Numbered from the stretch's first letter, positions 7,332-16,583 are shown. The stretch: DNA of 32,000 nucleotides from Nitrosopumilus maritimus SCM1 (GCF_000018465.1 NC_010085.1:360001-392000), one strand, 5' to 3'. Numbers and translations: made by a program. The notes: generated by a model from the letters alone, not told the origin.

Positions 7332-8645
7332 CTACTTTTTTTCTATTTTTTCTATGATTTCAGAGAATTTCCATGGTCCACACTGTCCATCAGTGGTTTC
7401 ACTTAGTAATAGCCCTGAATTATGTAAATGGTTCACAACATGTGCTGCAAATGGTAATGCTCCAGTTGCTCCAGGTGAGTTATAGTTTAGGATGTGAAAT
7501 GATGACTCGTCATCAAGCAAAATCACATCTGGTTCAAATTTTCCTTTCTCATTAATTATTGATGAGCGAATACCTGCTGTTCCTTTCTCTGTAATCTTTT
7601 CTGCATCAATCTTCGGCAAAAATCTTCTTACTCTTTCAACCATTGTTGATTTTGACATTGATGATTGTATCTCATTCATTGCAAGCTCTTGGAATTGTTT
7701 GTCAAAGATTGCCTTTCGTGCACCAGACCCCAGCATCTCTAACATTTTTGGGACAAATTCCTTGATGTTTTCAGCTTTGTTATACCCGTATGGGCTAAAG
7801 ACAGGTACTGCATTTGGTCCTATCTCACAATTTCCATCAACTCGAATTATCCAATGTGGATCCAAGAATGGATAGTCTGGAAACTCTGGTACTGAATAGA
7901 TGCTAGTTTTTGTTAGGTTATTGTATTGTTTTGGTGCCTTCCAATATTCCCCTCTAAAATGAACATCGGTTAGTTCTGTTGCAACTCCTACATCATGTGC
8001 AATGTCTACTGCCTCTCCACCTGCAGCATTGATCAAAAATTCTGTAAAAATTTCATCCTCTTCATTTAATGTTATTTTCCATTTTCCATTTTCTCTTTTT
8101 GTTTCTGTAACTTTGGTATCTAAAAGAAATGCTGTTCCGTTTTCTTTACTATCTTTCATTAATGATTCTGTATATGTGGAATAATCAGCTGAGCCGTCTC
8201 TGTAAACGTATAATGCGGCTTCGCATTTTATCTCTGGTTCTATTTTTTTAATCTCTGATTTGTCCATCAATTCAATGTCTTTTTCTTCCAATCCGTTTTG
8301 TTTTGCCCATTTGAGATATTTCTCAAGAACTTTGATTCCTTTTTTGTCTAGTGCAACTTCTATTACTCCGTCTTTTTTGAATGGCAAGTTGTGTAATTTG
8401 GAATATTCTTCCCACATGTCAAATCCATGAAATGCAGCATTTGCAAACAGCTTTTTCTTTTCAGGATTGTATAGATAGGGAGCATGTACTTTACCTGTGT
8501 TTCTACCACTAGTGTGAAAAGCAACATTTTTGGCTTGCTCAATAACTGCTACTTTTTTTGATTTGTTTAGATGTGATAGAAAATATGAGATGGATGTGCC
8601 AAGAATGCCTCCACCAATAATTACAACATCAAAATTCTTTGCCAA
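7332..8645 (-). CDS. FAD-dependent oxidoreductase, L-2-hydroxyglutarate oxidase (LhgO)-like
   Basis: 437 aa; DVVIIGGGILGTSISYFLSH Rossmann motif, FHTSGRNTGKVHAPYLYNP, RGEYWKAP, GTAGIRSSIINEKG, FHILNYNSPGATGALPFAAHV, all typical of the LhgO branch of DAO-fold oxidases. Confidence 0.82.
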   Translation of the reverse strand: MAKNFDVVIIGGGILGTSISYFLSHLNKSKKVAVIEQAKNVAFHTSGRNTGKVHAPYLYNPEKKKLFANAAFHGFDMWEEYSKLHNLPFKKDGVIEVALDKKGIKVLEKYLKWAKQNGLEEKDIELMDKSEIKKIEPEIKCEAALYVYRDGSADYSTYTESLMKDSKENGTAFLLDTKVTETKRENGKWKITLNEEDEIFTEFLINAAGGEAVDIAHDVGVATELTDVHFRGEYWKAPKQYNNLTKTSIYSVPEFPDYPFLDPHWIIRVDGNCEIGPNAVPVFSPYGYNKAENIKEFVPKMLEMLGSGARKAIFDKQFQELAMNEIQSSMSKSTMVERVRRFLPKIDAEKITEKGTAGIRSSIINEKGKFEPDVILLDDESSFHILNYNSPGATGALPFAAHVVNHLHNSGLLLSETTDGQCGPWKFSEIIEKIEKK

Positions 8646-8733
8646 GTATTTTCGCTTTAATTTCGTTTTAGTGGATAATAAATGGAATCAATAACAATCA
8701 AGGTTAATATCTAATAAAATTCAAAATCAAACT

Positions 8734-9015
8734 ATGTTACCTGACAAGTGTTCTGTAAGCAAAGAAGGAAAACAGTGTCCTAGTCCTCCTGAATTTATTG
8801 TATCAATTGTTGATGGAAAAGATGAGTATATGGTTGGAGTTACATGTGGCAGACACAAGCAAGTTGTATCTGGAAAAATTGAATTTATGCAAAAAGAAGG
8901 TAAAATCCATGAAGGAACAGTAAGTTTTTCGCCTGTCAAAGCAGTTGGAACTGACTGTATTCATGGTGGTGAGGATGATTTTATCCAAATTGACATGAAT
9001 CGAAGTAAAAACTGA
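8734..9015 (+). CDS. Small conserved-looking hypothetical protein (93 aa) with Cys/His residues
   Basis: Clean ATG ORF divergent from the LhgO gene; MLPDKCSVSKEGKQCPSPPEF...VGVTCGRHKQVV...VGTDCIHGGEDDFIQIDM. Confidence 0.7.
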   Translation: MLPDKCSVSKEGKQCPSPPEFIVSIVDGKDEYMVGVTCGRHKQVVSGKIEFMQKEGKIHEGTVSFSPVKAVGTDCIHGGEDDFIQIDMNRSKN

Positions 9016-9032
9016 AATAATTTCCAATCTTT

Positions 9033-9413
9033 TTGGATGTATTGCTTTTTGAGTTATTATCTGATATTGTAAAAATTGAGAATATCTTGTTTGTTGTAAA
9101 AAGCGGTGGCGCAACAAGTGAGGTTAGAAGTCCTCTTAGTATTCGACAAAGAGAAAAGTGGATTACACTTGGTGAAAATGATGATCCCGCTCATATGCAT
9201 ATTGATTCAGAACTAATTAATTATGCAGAATTTGTACAAGAAGAAAAACCCGAACGTACAAGTTTTAGTGTTAGATTTTACAATAAAGATAACCAAAGAG
9301 TGTTGGCAGCCTTTTTTACAAAGATGTATGATGATTCTAAAACATTAATTCCTGAACGAAAAAAAATTTATGAACAACTAAACGAAAAGTTTTCTTCTAA
9401 AATTAATTTTTAA
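9033..9413 (+). CDS. Hypothetical protein, possibly distantly ChuX/HutX-like
   Basis: 126 aa; pattern HMHIDSELINYAEFVQEEKPERTSFSVRFYNKDNQRVLAAFFTK is only weakly reminiscent of haem-utilisation ChuX/HutX domains; no stronger support. TTG start uncertain. Confidence 0.6.
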   Translation: MDVLLFELLSDIVKIENILFVVKSGGATSEVRSPLSIRQREKWITLGENDDPAHMHIDSELINYAEFVQEEKPERTSFSVRFYNKDNQRVLAAFFTKMYDDSKTLIPERKKIYEQLNEKFSSKINF

Positions 9414-9419
9414 AAAAAA

Positions 9420-9440
9420 CCTTGTCTGAAAAAGACAAGG
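9420..9440. terminator. Perfect 8-bp inverted repeat (candidate terminator/RNA hairpin)
   Basis: CCTTGTCT-gaaaa-AGACAAGG immediately after the stop of the 9033..9413 ORF. Confidence 0.45.
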
Positions 9441-9606
9441 AGAAAAAATATTATTCTTGAGATTTCTTCTTCTTTTCTTTTTCAGATTGTAGTTTAGCTA
9501 ATTCTAATTCTTCGTTTGTATGTTTGAATTTTTTCAATCTGATTGGTATTCACCGTTTAGATATAAAAACTCCACATTTCTTTTCATAGTAACTTGGGCG
9601 TGAAAT

Positions 9607-10575
9607 TCAATATCCTACTGAGTAGATCGGTTTTTTTCCATTCATTCCTAGATTGAGATTTCTTACAGTAATTTCTGCCATTTTGGCTCTGGTCTCCTTA
9701 GTCGAACTCCCTATGTGTGGTGCCAGTACCACATTTTGCAATTTTGTCAGTGGATGGTTCTTGCTTATTGGTTCTTGTTCAAAGACATCTAGTCCTGCTC
9801 CTGCAATAATTTTCTTTTTTAATGCAGTAACCAAGTCTTTTTCATTTACCACTTTGCCTCTTGATGTATTTATCAAAAATGCAGTGTTTTTCATTTTTTT
9901 GAAGATTTTCATGTTAAACATCTTGTCAGTCTCTTTTGTATGTGGAACGTGGATTGAAATGACATCACTTTGAGAAATTAACCTCTCAAATGAGACGTAT
10001 TTTGCATCCAATGTTCTCTCTTTAGTCTTTGATAGACGATTTCTATTGTGATAAATTATATCCATATCAAATGCTTTAGCTCTCTTTGCAAGTGTTTGTC
10101 CAATTCTTCCTAATCCTAAAATTCCTATAGTTTTTCCTTGTAGGTCAACTCCTACATAGTCATGTGCTCCATAGATCATTTTCCATTTTCCATCTCTGAT
10201 TATTCTGTCTCCCTCTGAAACCCTTCTTAATGAATCAAGTAATAGTGAAAAAGCCAAATCCGCTGTTGCATCAGTTAATACTTCGGGAGTGTATCCCACT
10301 CTGATCTTTTTTCCTTTTGCATATTTTGTATCAATATGATCAAAACCTACGCTGTATGTACTGATGACTTTGAGATTCTCTGCCAAATCTATTGTTTCTT
10401 TATTGATTATGTCATATGGAAAACAGATCAATCCATCTACATCTTTAATTTTTGATCGTAACTTTGATTGAGGAACTGGAATCTTTCCTTTATGTACTTC
10501 AATTTGATATTTTTTCTTTAATTCCTTTAAAGCAAAATCGTGAAGTGTTCTTGTTAGAAACACTTTCTTTCTCAT
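9607..10575 (-). CDS. D-isomer-specific 2-hydroxyacid dehydrogenase (glyoxylate/hydroxypyruvate reductase or phosphoglycerate dehydrogenase-like)
   Basis: MRKKVFLTRTLHDFALKELKKKYQIEVHKG...; NAD motif GKTIGILGLGRIGQTLAKRAKAF; NTSRGKVVNEKDLV; LAPHIGSSTKETR. The track start (10644) adds 23 unlikely residues; ATG at 10573-10575 preferred. Confidence 0.9.
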   Translation of the reverse strand: MRKKVFLTRTLHDFALKELKKKYQIEVHKGKIPVPQSKLRSKIKDVDGLICFPYDIINKETIDLAENLKVISTYSVGFDHIDTKYAKGKKIRVGYTPEVLTDATADLAFSLLLDSLRRVSEGDRIIRDGKWKMIYGAHDYVGVDLQGKTIGILGLGRIGQTLAKRAKAFDMDIIYHNRNRLSKTKERTLDAKYVSFERLISQSDVISIHVPHTKETDKMFNMKIFKKMKNTAFLINTSRGKVVNEKDLVTALKKKIIAGAGLDVFEQEPISKNHPLTKLQNVVLAPHIGSSTKETRAKMAEITVRNLNLGMNGKKPIYSVGY

Positions 10576-10626
10576 AAAGATGAGATTTATCTCAAACCAT
10601 TTATACGATTTCCTTCTAATTTCTTT

Positions 10627-10773
10627 ATGTCTTCTGAAACACAAGAGGAAGAAGAATTTGCTATTTGTGTAGAATGTGGAAATGCTATTGAAAAATGTGT
10701 TTGTGTATGCCCTTATTGTGGAGAACGAGACAAGTGTAAATGTGCATTATTTGATGCAGCAACTGGAGGATAA
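10627..10773 (+). CDS. Cys-rich 48-aa microprotein, putative metal-binding
   Basis: MSSETQEEEEFAICVECGNAIEKCVCVCPYCGERDKCKCALFDAATGG*, 8 Cys in 48 aa, ATG to TAA, 48 nt upstream of the 2-oxoacid:ferredoxin oxidoreductase genes. Too short for the supplied ORF track. Confidence 0.75.
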   Translation: MSSETQEEEEFAICVECGNAIEKCVCVCPYCGERDKCKCALFDAATGG

Positions 10774-10821
10774 CAATTTGATAAAATTGGCTATTACTAT
10801 TCATTTCATAGGTGACTTGCT

Positions 10822-12732
10822 ATGAGTTCTACTGATTTTACTTGGCTAATTGGAGGTCCTCAAGGTAGTGGCGTCGAATCTGGTGCTAATATTTTCTCTA
10901 GAGTTTGTGCTGAGATGGGGTATCAGGTATTTGGGAAGAGAGAATTCTACTCAAACATCAAAGGAGAACACAGCTACTTTGCAGTAAGAATATCTGATGA
11001 AAAAATCCATTCAAATGTAAATGATGTAACATTGATGGCATCATTTGATGCTGAAACTATCTTTCGTCATTATGATGAAGTAGTTTCTGATGGTGGGATA
11101 ATTTATGATGCAGATCTTGATGATGTTACTACTGATAGAGTACATACACTAGATGCACCATTTAGAGAACGACTACATAAGAAACTAGAATCAAAGAATA
11201 AACCATTTTCCATCGCAGGTGTTTTGGAAATTGCAAAAGAAAACGGTGTGAAATTATATCCTGTATCATTCAAATCCATTCTTGAAACACTTGCAGAAGA
11301 AACTGAAAATCCTCGTCTCAAGGGATTAGTTAGAATGTTTAATGTCATTGGTGTTTCTTTGTCTTTGGGTCTAGTCAAGATGCCTCCTGACTCTTTACAA
11401 AAAACAATCGGAACAATTTTTTCAAAGAAACAAGAGATTGCAAAAATTAATCAACAAACTGCAAACTATTCTTACAATTATGCAACTGCAAAATTTGAAG
11501 ATTTTCATCATACATTAACTGGAATTCAAAAAGAATCTGGAACTCTTTTGGTTCAAGGATTCCAAGGAACTGCATTAGGAAAGATGGCATGTGGTTGTCG
11601 AGTACAACCTTACTATCCAATTACTCCAGCTTCAGATGAATCTGTATTTTTAGAATCAAATGAAATTTTGGAAATAATTGATGACCGTCCTGGTTCTACA
11701 GCAGTAATTCAAACTGAAGATGAGATTTGTGCAATGGGTATGACTATAGGAAGTGCATTAACTGGAACACGTTCTGCAACGTGTACTTCTGGTCCTGGAT
11801 TTGCTCTGATGACTGAAATGCTAGGCTGGGCAGGCATAAATGAGGTGCCTGTTGTAATCACCAACTATCAAAGAAGTGGTCCTTCAACTGGTCTGCCAAC
11901 AAGACACGGCCAAGATGATTTACTATTTTCTGTATTTGCAGGACATGGAGATTTCCCAAAAATTGTTTATGCTTCAGGTGATGTCGAGGAGAGCTTCTAT
12001 GACACTGGAAACGTTTTCAATTATGCTGATATTTTTCAAGTTCCAGTAATTCATTTGATGGATAAATTCATTGCAAGTTCTGTTGTTACTTGTACAAGAT
12101 TTGATCCTTCTAAAATTACAATTAATCGAGGAAAACTCTTAGACAAAGTTGAAGGTGAATACGAAAGATTTGCATTTACTGAAGATGGTGTATCTCCTCG
12201 TTCTAAATTAGGACTCGACAACGGAATATTTTGGGACACTGGTGATGAATCTGATGAAAAAGGCCACATCACAGAAGATCCAGTATTGCGTGTTAAGATG
12301 ATGGATAAGAGAATGTCCCGTCTTGATTTGATTCTAAAAGAAATTCCAGAAGCAGAAAAGGCAGTGTCTTTTGGTGTTGAAGACTTTACTGTAATCACAT
12401 GGGGTTCTTCAAAAGGACCAATCATTGATGCAATTGAAATGCTCAAAAAAGACGGAATATCTATTGGCCTTGTACAGATTAAACTCTTACATCCATTTCC
12501 TGGTGATTATGTTGCTTCTTTACTAAAAGATGCAAAAACAATCATTGATGTTGAAGCAAATCATTCAGCACAACTAGGAAAATTATTCAAACAAAATGTA
12601 CAAAGAGATATTGACTATTCTATCTTAAAATACACTGGAAGAGCAATGACTAGTACTGAAGTTTATGATTCACTTAAGAAAATTGTTGAAAACAAGGCTG
12701 AGAAGAGGGAGGTTTTGATGCATGGCGCTTAA
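10822..12732 (+). CDS. korA: 2-oxoacid:ferredoxin oxidoreductase, fused gamma-alpha subunit
   Basis: 636 aa; N-terminal gamma domain ([46 protein letters not shown]), then alpha domain with [14 protein letters not shown] and [17 protein letters not shown]. Confidence 0.92.
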   Translation: MSSTDFTWLIGGPQGSGVESGANIFSRVCAEMGYQVFGKREFYSNIKGEHSYFAVRISDEKIHSNVNDVTLMASFDAETIFRHYDEVVSDGGIIYDADLDDVTTDRVHTLDAPFRERLHKKLESKNKPFSIAGVLEIAKENGVKLYPVSFKSILETLAEETENPRLKGLVRMFNVIGVSLSLGLVKMPPDSLQKTIGTIFSKKQEIAKINQQTANYSYNYATAKFEDFHHTLTGIQKESGTLLVQGFQGTALGKMACGCRVQPYYPITPASDESVFLESNEILEIIDDRPGSTAVIQTEDEICAMGMTIGSALTGTRSATCTSGPGFALMTEMLGWAGINEVPVVITNYQRSGPSTGLPTRHGQDDLLFSVFAGHGDFPKIVYASGDVEESFYDTGNVFNYADIFQVPVIHLMDKFIASSVVTCTRFDPSKITINRGKLLDKVEGEYERFAFTEDGVSPRSKLGLDNGIFWDTGDESDEKGHITEDPVLRVKMMDKRMSRLDLILKEIPEAEKAVSFGVEDFTVITWGSSKGPIIDAIEMLKKDGISIGLVQIKLLHPFPGDYVASLLKDAKTIIDVEANHSAQLGKLFKQNVQRDIDYSILKYTGRAMTSTEVYDSLKKIVENKAEKREVLMHGA

Positions 12733-13684
12733 GATGGCAGATTTCAAAACAGATGTCCACAATGACTGGTGTCCTGGATGTGGTGATTTTGGAATTGTAA
12801 ATGCTATTCAGATGGCTCTTGCTGAAATGGGCGTAGAGCGAGACAAGACTGCAATATTTTCTGGAATTGGTTGTTCTGGAAAAACATCTCACTACATCAA
12901 TACTTATGGTGTCCATACTCTTCATGGCAGAGTTCTGACATTTGCACAAGGTGCAAAGATTGCAAATCCTGAGATGACTATAGTTGCAGTTGGCGGTGAT
13001 GGTGATGGTCTAGGAATTGGTGCAGGTCATTTTGTTGCAGCAGGAAGACGTAATGTAAACATGACATACATCATATTTGATAATGGAGTTTATGGATTAA
13101 CAAAGGGACAAGCATCTCCAACCCTAAAACTTGGTGAGCAAACAAAATCCCTCCCATCCCCAAACACCAACTACAATGTTAATCCAATCGGATTAGCTGT
13201 TGCAAGTGGATTTACATTTGTTGCACGTGGATACTCTTACGATGTTAGACATCTCAAAGATTTGATTATTCAAGCAGTAAATCACAAGGGATTGTCATTT
13301 TTGGATGTTTTACAACCATGTCCAACATACAACGATCTTAACACTAGAGATTGGTATGCTGGAACTGATTTAATGGACGAAGCTCAAAAGAGGCATTCAA
13401 GAATTTACAAACTCGAAGAACACGGTTATGATCCTGAAGTCCATTACAATGAAGAAGCAGAAGTCAATGAAAGGCTCTCTCAAGCTCTAATCAAATCTCT
13501 TGAATGGGGAAACAAGATTCCAATTGGAGTATTTTACAAAAATGAAATCATTACTCCTTATACCACTAGATTAAAAGATAAGATTCCAAATTATCTGGAA
13601 AACCCCCCCGCAAAACAAAATATCTCAAAAAATGGAATCTCTAATACTAATATTTCACACATCTTGGACTCACTTGAAGTTTAG
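12722..13684 (+). CDS. korB: 2-oxoacid:ferredoxin oxidoreductase beta subunit (TPP-binding)
   Basis: 320 aa; [94 protein letters not shown]. Confidence 0.94.
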   Translation: MALKMADFKTDVHNDWCPGCGDFGIVNAIQMALAEMGVERDKTAIFSGIGCSGKTSHYINTYGVHTLHGRVLTFAQGAKIANPEMTIVAVGGDGDGLGIGAGHFVAAGRRNVNMTYIIFDNGVYGLTKGQASPTLKLGEQTKSLPSPNTNYNVNPIGLAVASGFTFVARGYSYDVRHLKDLIIQAVNHKGLSFLDVLQPCPTYNDLNTRDWYAGTDLMDEAQKRHSRIYKLEEHGYDPEVHYNEEAEVNERLSQALIKSLEWGNKIPIGVFYKNEIITPYTTRLKDKIPNYLENPPAKQNISKNGISNTNISHILDSLEV

Positions 13685-13733
13685 TCTATTCTAAAACCAA
13701 ACAGGTTATAGGCAAGTTTTGTAGCAGTGTATT

Positions 13734-14174
13734 TTGCATTTGAACATCAATGAGGCAAACACTATCTTTAGAAAATCCATCATTAAGGGTTTTTTTGAAC
13801 CTAAACTAGTAAATCTTGATTTTAAAAAATCATCTGTAAAACACCCTGCAATAAGTGATGATGGTCTTATGCAGTCTGATTTACTTCATGTCTTCTTTGA
13901 TGTAGAAACTGGAGCTGACTATCCTGATGGTGATGAGTGGTTTATTGTAGATATGTTATTTCCCCATGACATTAAATTACCTGACAACCTAAAGGGAACT
14001 GATTACTTTACAACACTTTCAGTTGATGATGGTAAAACATACTGGCATCATCGTGAACTAATTCGCTACAAATACGGAAAATCAAAGAAACTTGATAATG
14101 CTATAGAGTTTCTAGAGTCAAAATACAAAGAACTACACGCATTACTTGAACCACTACAAAAAGATCTTAATTGA
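13734..14174 (+). CDS. Hypothetical protein (146 aa)
   Basis: Long intact ORF, acidic, no family recognised; TTG start uncertain; 8-nt tail-to-tail overlap with the next ORF. Confidence 0.6.
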   Translation: MHLNINEANTIFRKSIIKGFFEPKLVNLDFKKSSVKHPAISDDGLMQSDLLHVFFDVETGADYPDGDEWFIVDMLFPHDIKLPDNLKGTDYFTTLSVDDGKTYWHHRELIRYKYGKSKKLDNAIEFLESKYKELHALLEPLQKDLN

Positions 14175-14700
14175 TTTCTTTCCAAACATCGCCTTTAAAC
14201 GAAAATTGTTTTTGTGGGGATGTTGCTGTGTTTAATCTCCATCTAACTGTTTTTGAATCAAACTTGTAATAGACTTCAGTTATTTCTGCTGGAATCTTTT
14301 CTGGATCAAGATGATAAGGAAGTAACTCTAAAACTGAATCAATTTTTTCTATGGCATTATCAAACCACTGTTTATCTTGTGTATCAATTGTAAATCCAAT
14401 TTTTGGAATTCCTGAAAAATTGATTACAATCTTTATGGCATTACCGCTACCCCTTCTACGTTTCATCTCTTTGAATACTGCCTTGACTTTTTCCCAACGT
14501 TTGAAATCAAACCATTCAAAAAACGCATCATTGAACGTAAGTGGAATGTTTACATCTAAAAAACTAACAAAATCTTCATCATCTGCTTCTATCTCCTCTT
14601 GGTTAATAGTAAAATGTGAGTTTAGAAACCCATACAAAACTTCAATTTCCCAAGGTGAAATTCCATAATATCGCAATGTTGTAGTTAGACTGTCAGCCAA
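14167..14700 (-). CDS. Hypothetical protein (177 aa)
   Basis: Intact ATG ORF MADSLTTTLRYYGISPWEIEVLYGFLNSHF...; no family recognised. The overlapping 14351..14668 + ORF looks spurious. Confidence 0.65.
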   Translation of the reverse strand: MADSLTTTLRYYGISPWEIEVLYGFLNSHFTINQEEIEADDEDFVSFLDVNIPLTFNDAFFEWFDFKRWEKVKAVFKEMKRRRGSGNAIKIVINFSGIPKIGFTIDTQDKQWFDNAIEKIDSVLELLPYHLDPEKIPAEITEVYYKFDSKTVRWRLNTATSPQKQFSFKGDVWKEIN

Positions 14701-14757
14701 TAATCTCTAGACTCAAAAATTGTAATTAAAGCTTCAACATTGTAAAACTAGAAGAAA

Positions 14758-15129
14758 TTGACCTTAAAATTAAAATTAGATGGAAGGTCAGTCATTTTAG
14801 ATATGAAAAAAGAGTATGTAGTACGAAGTATTGATGCTGCCCCTGATGGTGCACCATATGTCATTGTATCGTTATCTTCTGTAAAGGATCTCAAAGAAGG
14901 AACACAAAATCCACAATCTCCATTTGGTAGTCCAAAAGTCATGGGTTTTTCAAACATGAATGACATGATGAAGGATCTCAACAAAATGCTATCTGGAATG
15001 GGCGGTATGGGAATGCAAGGCGGTATTACTCAACTAAAACTAGAGATGCATGAATACAAAGACATGGGTCTTTCTGTTGGAGATAAAGTCTTTCTAGAAC
15101 TAAGTAAAGCAGAATCTCTTGGCGTATGA
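14758..15129 (+). CDS. Hypothetical protein (123 aa) with Gly/Met-rich central linker
   Basis: MTLKLKLDGRSVILDMKKEYVVRSIDAAPDGAPYVIVSL...MMKDLNKMLSGMGGMGMQGGITQLKLEMHEYKDMGLSVGDKVFLELSKAESLGV; TTG start. Confidence 0.7.
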   Translation: MTLKLKLDGRSVILDMKKEYVVRSIDAAPDGAPYVIVSLSSVKDLKEGTQNPQSPFGSPKVMGFSNMNDMMKDLNKMLSGMGGMGMQGGITQLKLEMHEYKDMGLSVGDKVFLELSKAESLGV

Positions 15130-15130
15130 C

Positions 15131-15700
15131 CTAGAGTATTGTGTTGAAATATTTCCAACCGTAAAATGCTGCAACAGTTCCAATGACAAATAACATTGGT
15201 TTCCATGCAAATACTGGAAGTGCTGGAGTTGCAAGTTTTACTTTATAGTTGTCTACAATTGCATGAACATTTTTCTTAATTTTATCATGCCAGATACTGT
15301 ATTCTACTTGGTATTTCTTTAGAATCTCTTCTACTTCATAAACAACAGGTGTTCTTTGAGAAAACAAGTGTTGAAGATAATCTCTTGAGACCTCAACTTC
15401 TGCATGAATTCCAATTAGTCCTTTCTTGAGGTCTACCATTCTTACATGCATCTCCCAAGGTTTCTTTAGTTTCAAATTAAGACCATGTCCTATTTGGTCA
15501 GGCTGTTTATGTTCAAATTTTACTTTGGTAAATCCCTCTTCAGTAAAGATCTTTAACATTTCTTCAAAACTCTTCTTTACAACAACATGAAGTTGTTCTA
15601 CCCCTTCTTTATTGTCAACATCAATCTTGTGCTTTAATCCATCAAGAAATGATACTGTCTTTGGATATGTTGTAAGATATTCCAATATTTTGGTGGACAA
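15131..15700 (-). CDS. Hypothetical protein with a single C-terminal TM segment (tail-anchored-like)
   Basis: 189 aa; soluble alpha/beta N-terminus and terminal PVFAWKPMLFVIGTVAAFYGWKYFNTIL. Confidence 0.68.
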   Translation of the reverse strand: MSTKILEYLTTYPKTVSFLDGLKHKIDVDNKEGVEQLHVVVKKSFEEMLKIFTEEGFTKVKFEHKQPDQIGHGLNLKLKKPWEMHVRMVDLKKGLIGIHAEVEVSRDYLQHLFSQRTPVVYEVEEILKKYQVEYSIWHDKIKKNVHAIVDNYKVKLATPALPVFAWKPMLFVIGTVAAFYGWKYFNTIL

Positions 15701-15730
15701 AATACCTCTATTTAAAGCAGAACAACAACA

Positions 15731-16510
15731 TTACTGATTTTTTGGTGGATTTGATAGACCTCTAACATACACGCATTGATCTGGATCTATTGCCATCTCA
15801 AAAGAACTGATTTTTCTATCTGTAAGAGTTGCCCCAGAGTTTCTAACTATTGCAAATGGTTTTGACTCTGCGCCTTCACCCATCTTGTGATTTGCAATTG
15901 TAGCCAAATTATCTACAACTGCTTGAAATGTTACTTTGAGTGGATTGCCATCAAGATCTTTTTTTGACCTCATATCTAATACTGGCTCAATTCCTGCACA
16001 TGCAATTGCAACACCTGATGTTCCAATTCTTGCAGGCATTAACCTACTATCAACTAGGATAACTCCAACATGAATTAACATTTTCAAAAATATCTTTCTT
16101 CGCAGTTGTTCTGCTACCAAGTAAGGGTTATCTGGATACAAAATGACTTTACCTTTTTTTGCATTTGATTTGTCGATTCCGGCATTAGGTGCCATGATGT
16201 TATCTGATGATGTGATAACAAATCCTGCTATTCCTCCAAAAATTTTATCTGATTCTCTAATTACGACTTCAGCAATCTCTGGTTTTAACTGATATTTTTT
16301 TGAAACATCTAGTCCCTCTTTGGAGATTTGAATATTTTCAATATCCACAATTCTTCCCTGGGAGTTTGAGATGTATTTTGTTGAAATCACTATAACATCA
16401 CCATCTTCTAGTTTTGTCTCATTTTTTTCAAGTGTCTTCAAAAATACCTCAAAAACATCAAATTTTTCATCCATTCTATCTGCTAAAAGTGGTAAAACGG
16501 TTAATTGCAC
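15731..16510 (-). CDS. cofE: Coenzyme F420-0:L-glutamate ligase-like protein (CofE family)
   Basis: 259 aa; LEDGDVIVISTKYISNSQGR, ESDKIFGGIAGFVITSSDNIMAPNAGIDKSN, LPxxP-like LYPDNPYLVAEQLRRKI, RIGTSGVAIACAGIEPVLDMRSKKDLDG. Confidence 0.85.
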   Translation of the reverse strand: MQLTVLPLLADRMDEKFDVFEVFLKTLEKNETKLEDGDVIVISTKYISNSQGRIVDIENIQISKEGLDVSKKYQLKPEIAEVVIRESDKIFGGIAGFVITSSDNIMAPNAGIDKSNAKKGKVILYPDNPYLVAEQLRRKIFLKMLIHVGVILVDSRLMPARIGTSGVAIACAGIEPVLDMRSKKDLDGNPLKVTFQAVVDNLATIANHKMGEGAESKPFAIVRNSGATLTDRKISSFEMAIDPDQCVYVRGLSNPPKNQ

Positions 16511-16552
16511 AACATTGTGAGTGTGGTTTTTCTTTTTTATTGTTCTGAAAAG

Positions 16553-16560
16553 CTTTTAAT
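16553..16560 (+). promoter_or_regulatory. Candidate TATA box for the first IPMI/aconitase-family operon
   Basis: CTTTTAAT about 24-31 nt upstream of ATG 16584. Spacing supports the ATG over the upstream TTG (16578) in the ORF track. Confidence 0.45.
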
Positions 16561-16583
16561 CTCTAAAATGGTGGTTTTTGATT

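Noticed and set aside
8803-9117. 104-aa minus ORF opposite the 8734 and 9033 ORFs
   Set aside because: The plus-strand ORFs have more protein-like composition and a coherent divergent-promoter layout; evidence is modest but favours the plus strand.
9451-9543. Minus-strand Lys/Glu-rich peptide frame (IRLKKFKHTNEELELAKLQSEKEKKKKSQE*)
   Set aside because: It has a stop codon immediately upstream (TGA ATA CCA ATC) and no ATG/GTG start, only an internal TTG. Could be a real microprotein but not supportable here.
9653-9973. 106-aa plus-strand ORF opposite the 2-hydroxyacid dehydrogenase
   Set aside because: Antisense to a confidently assigned gene; hydrophobic composition is the shadow of basic/polar codons.
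14351-14668. 105-aa plus-strand ORF opposite 14167..14700
   Set aside because: Serine-rich shadow pattern; the longer minus-strand ORF has better composition.
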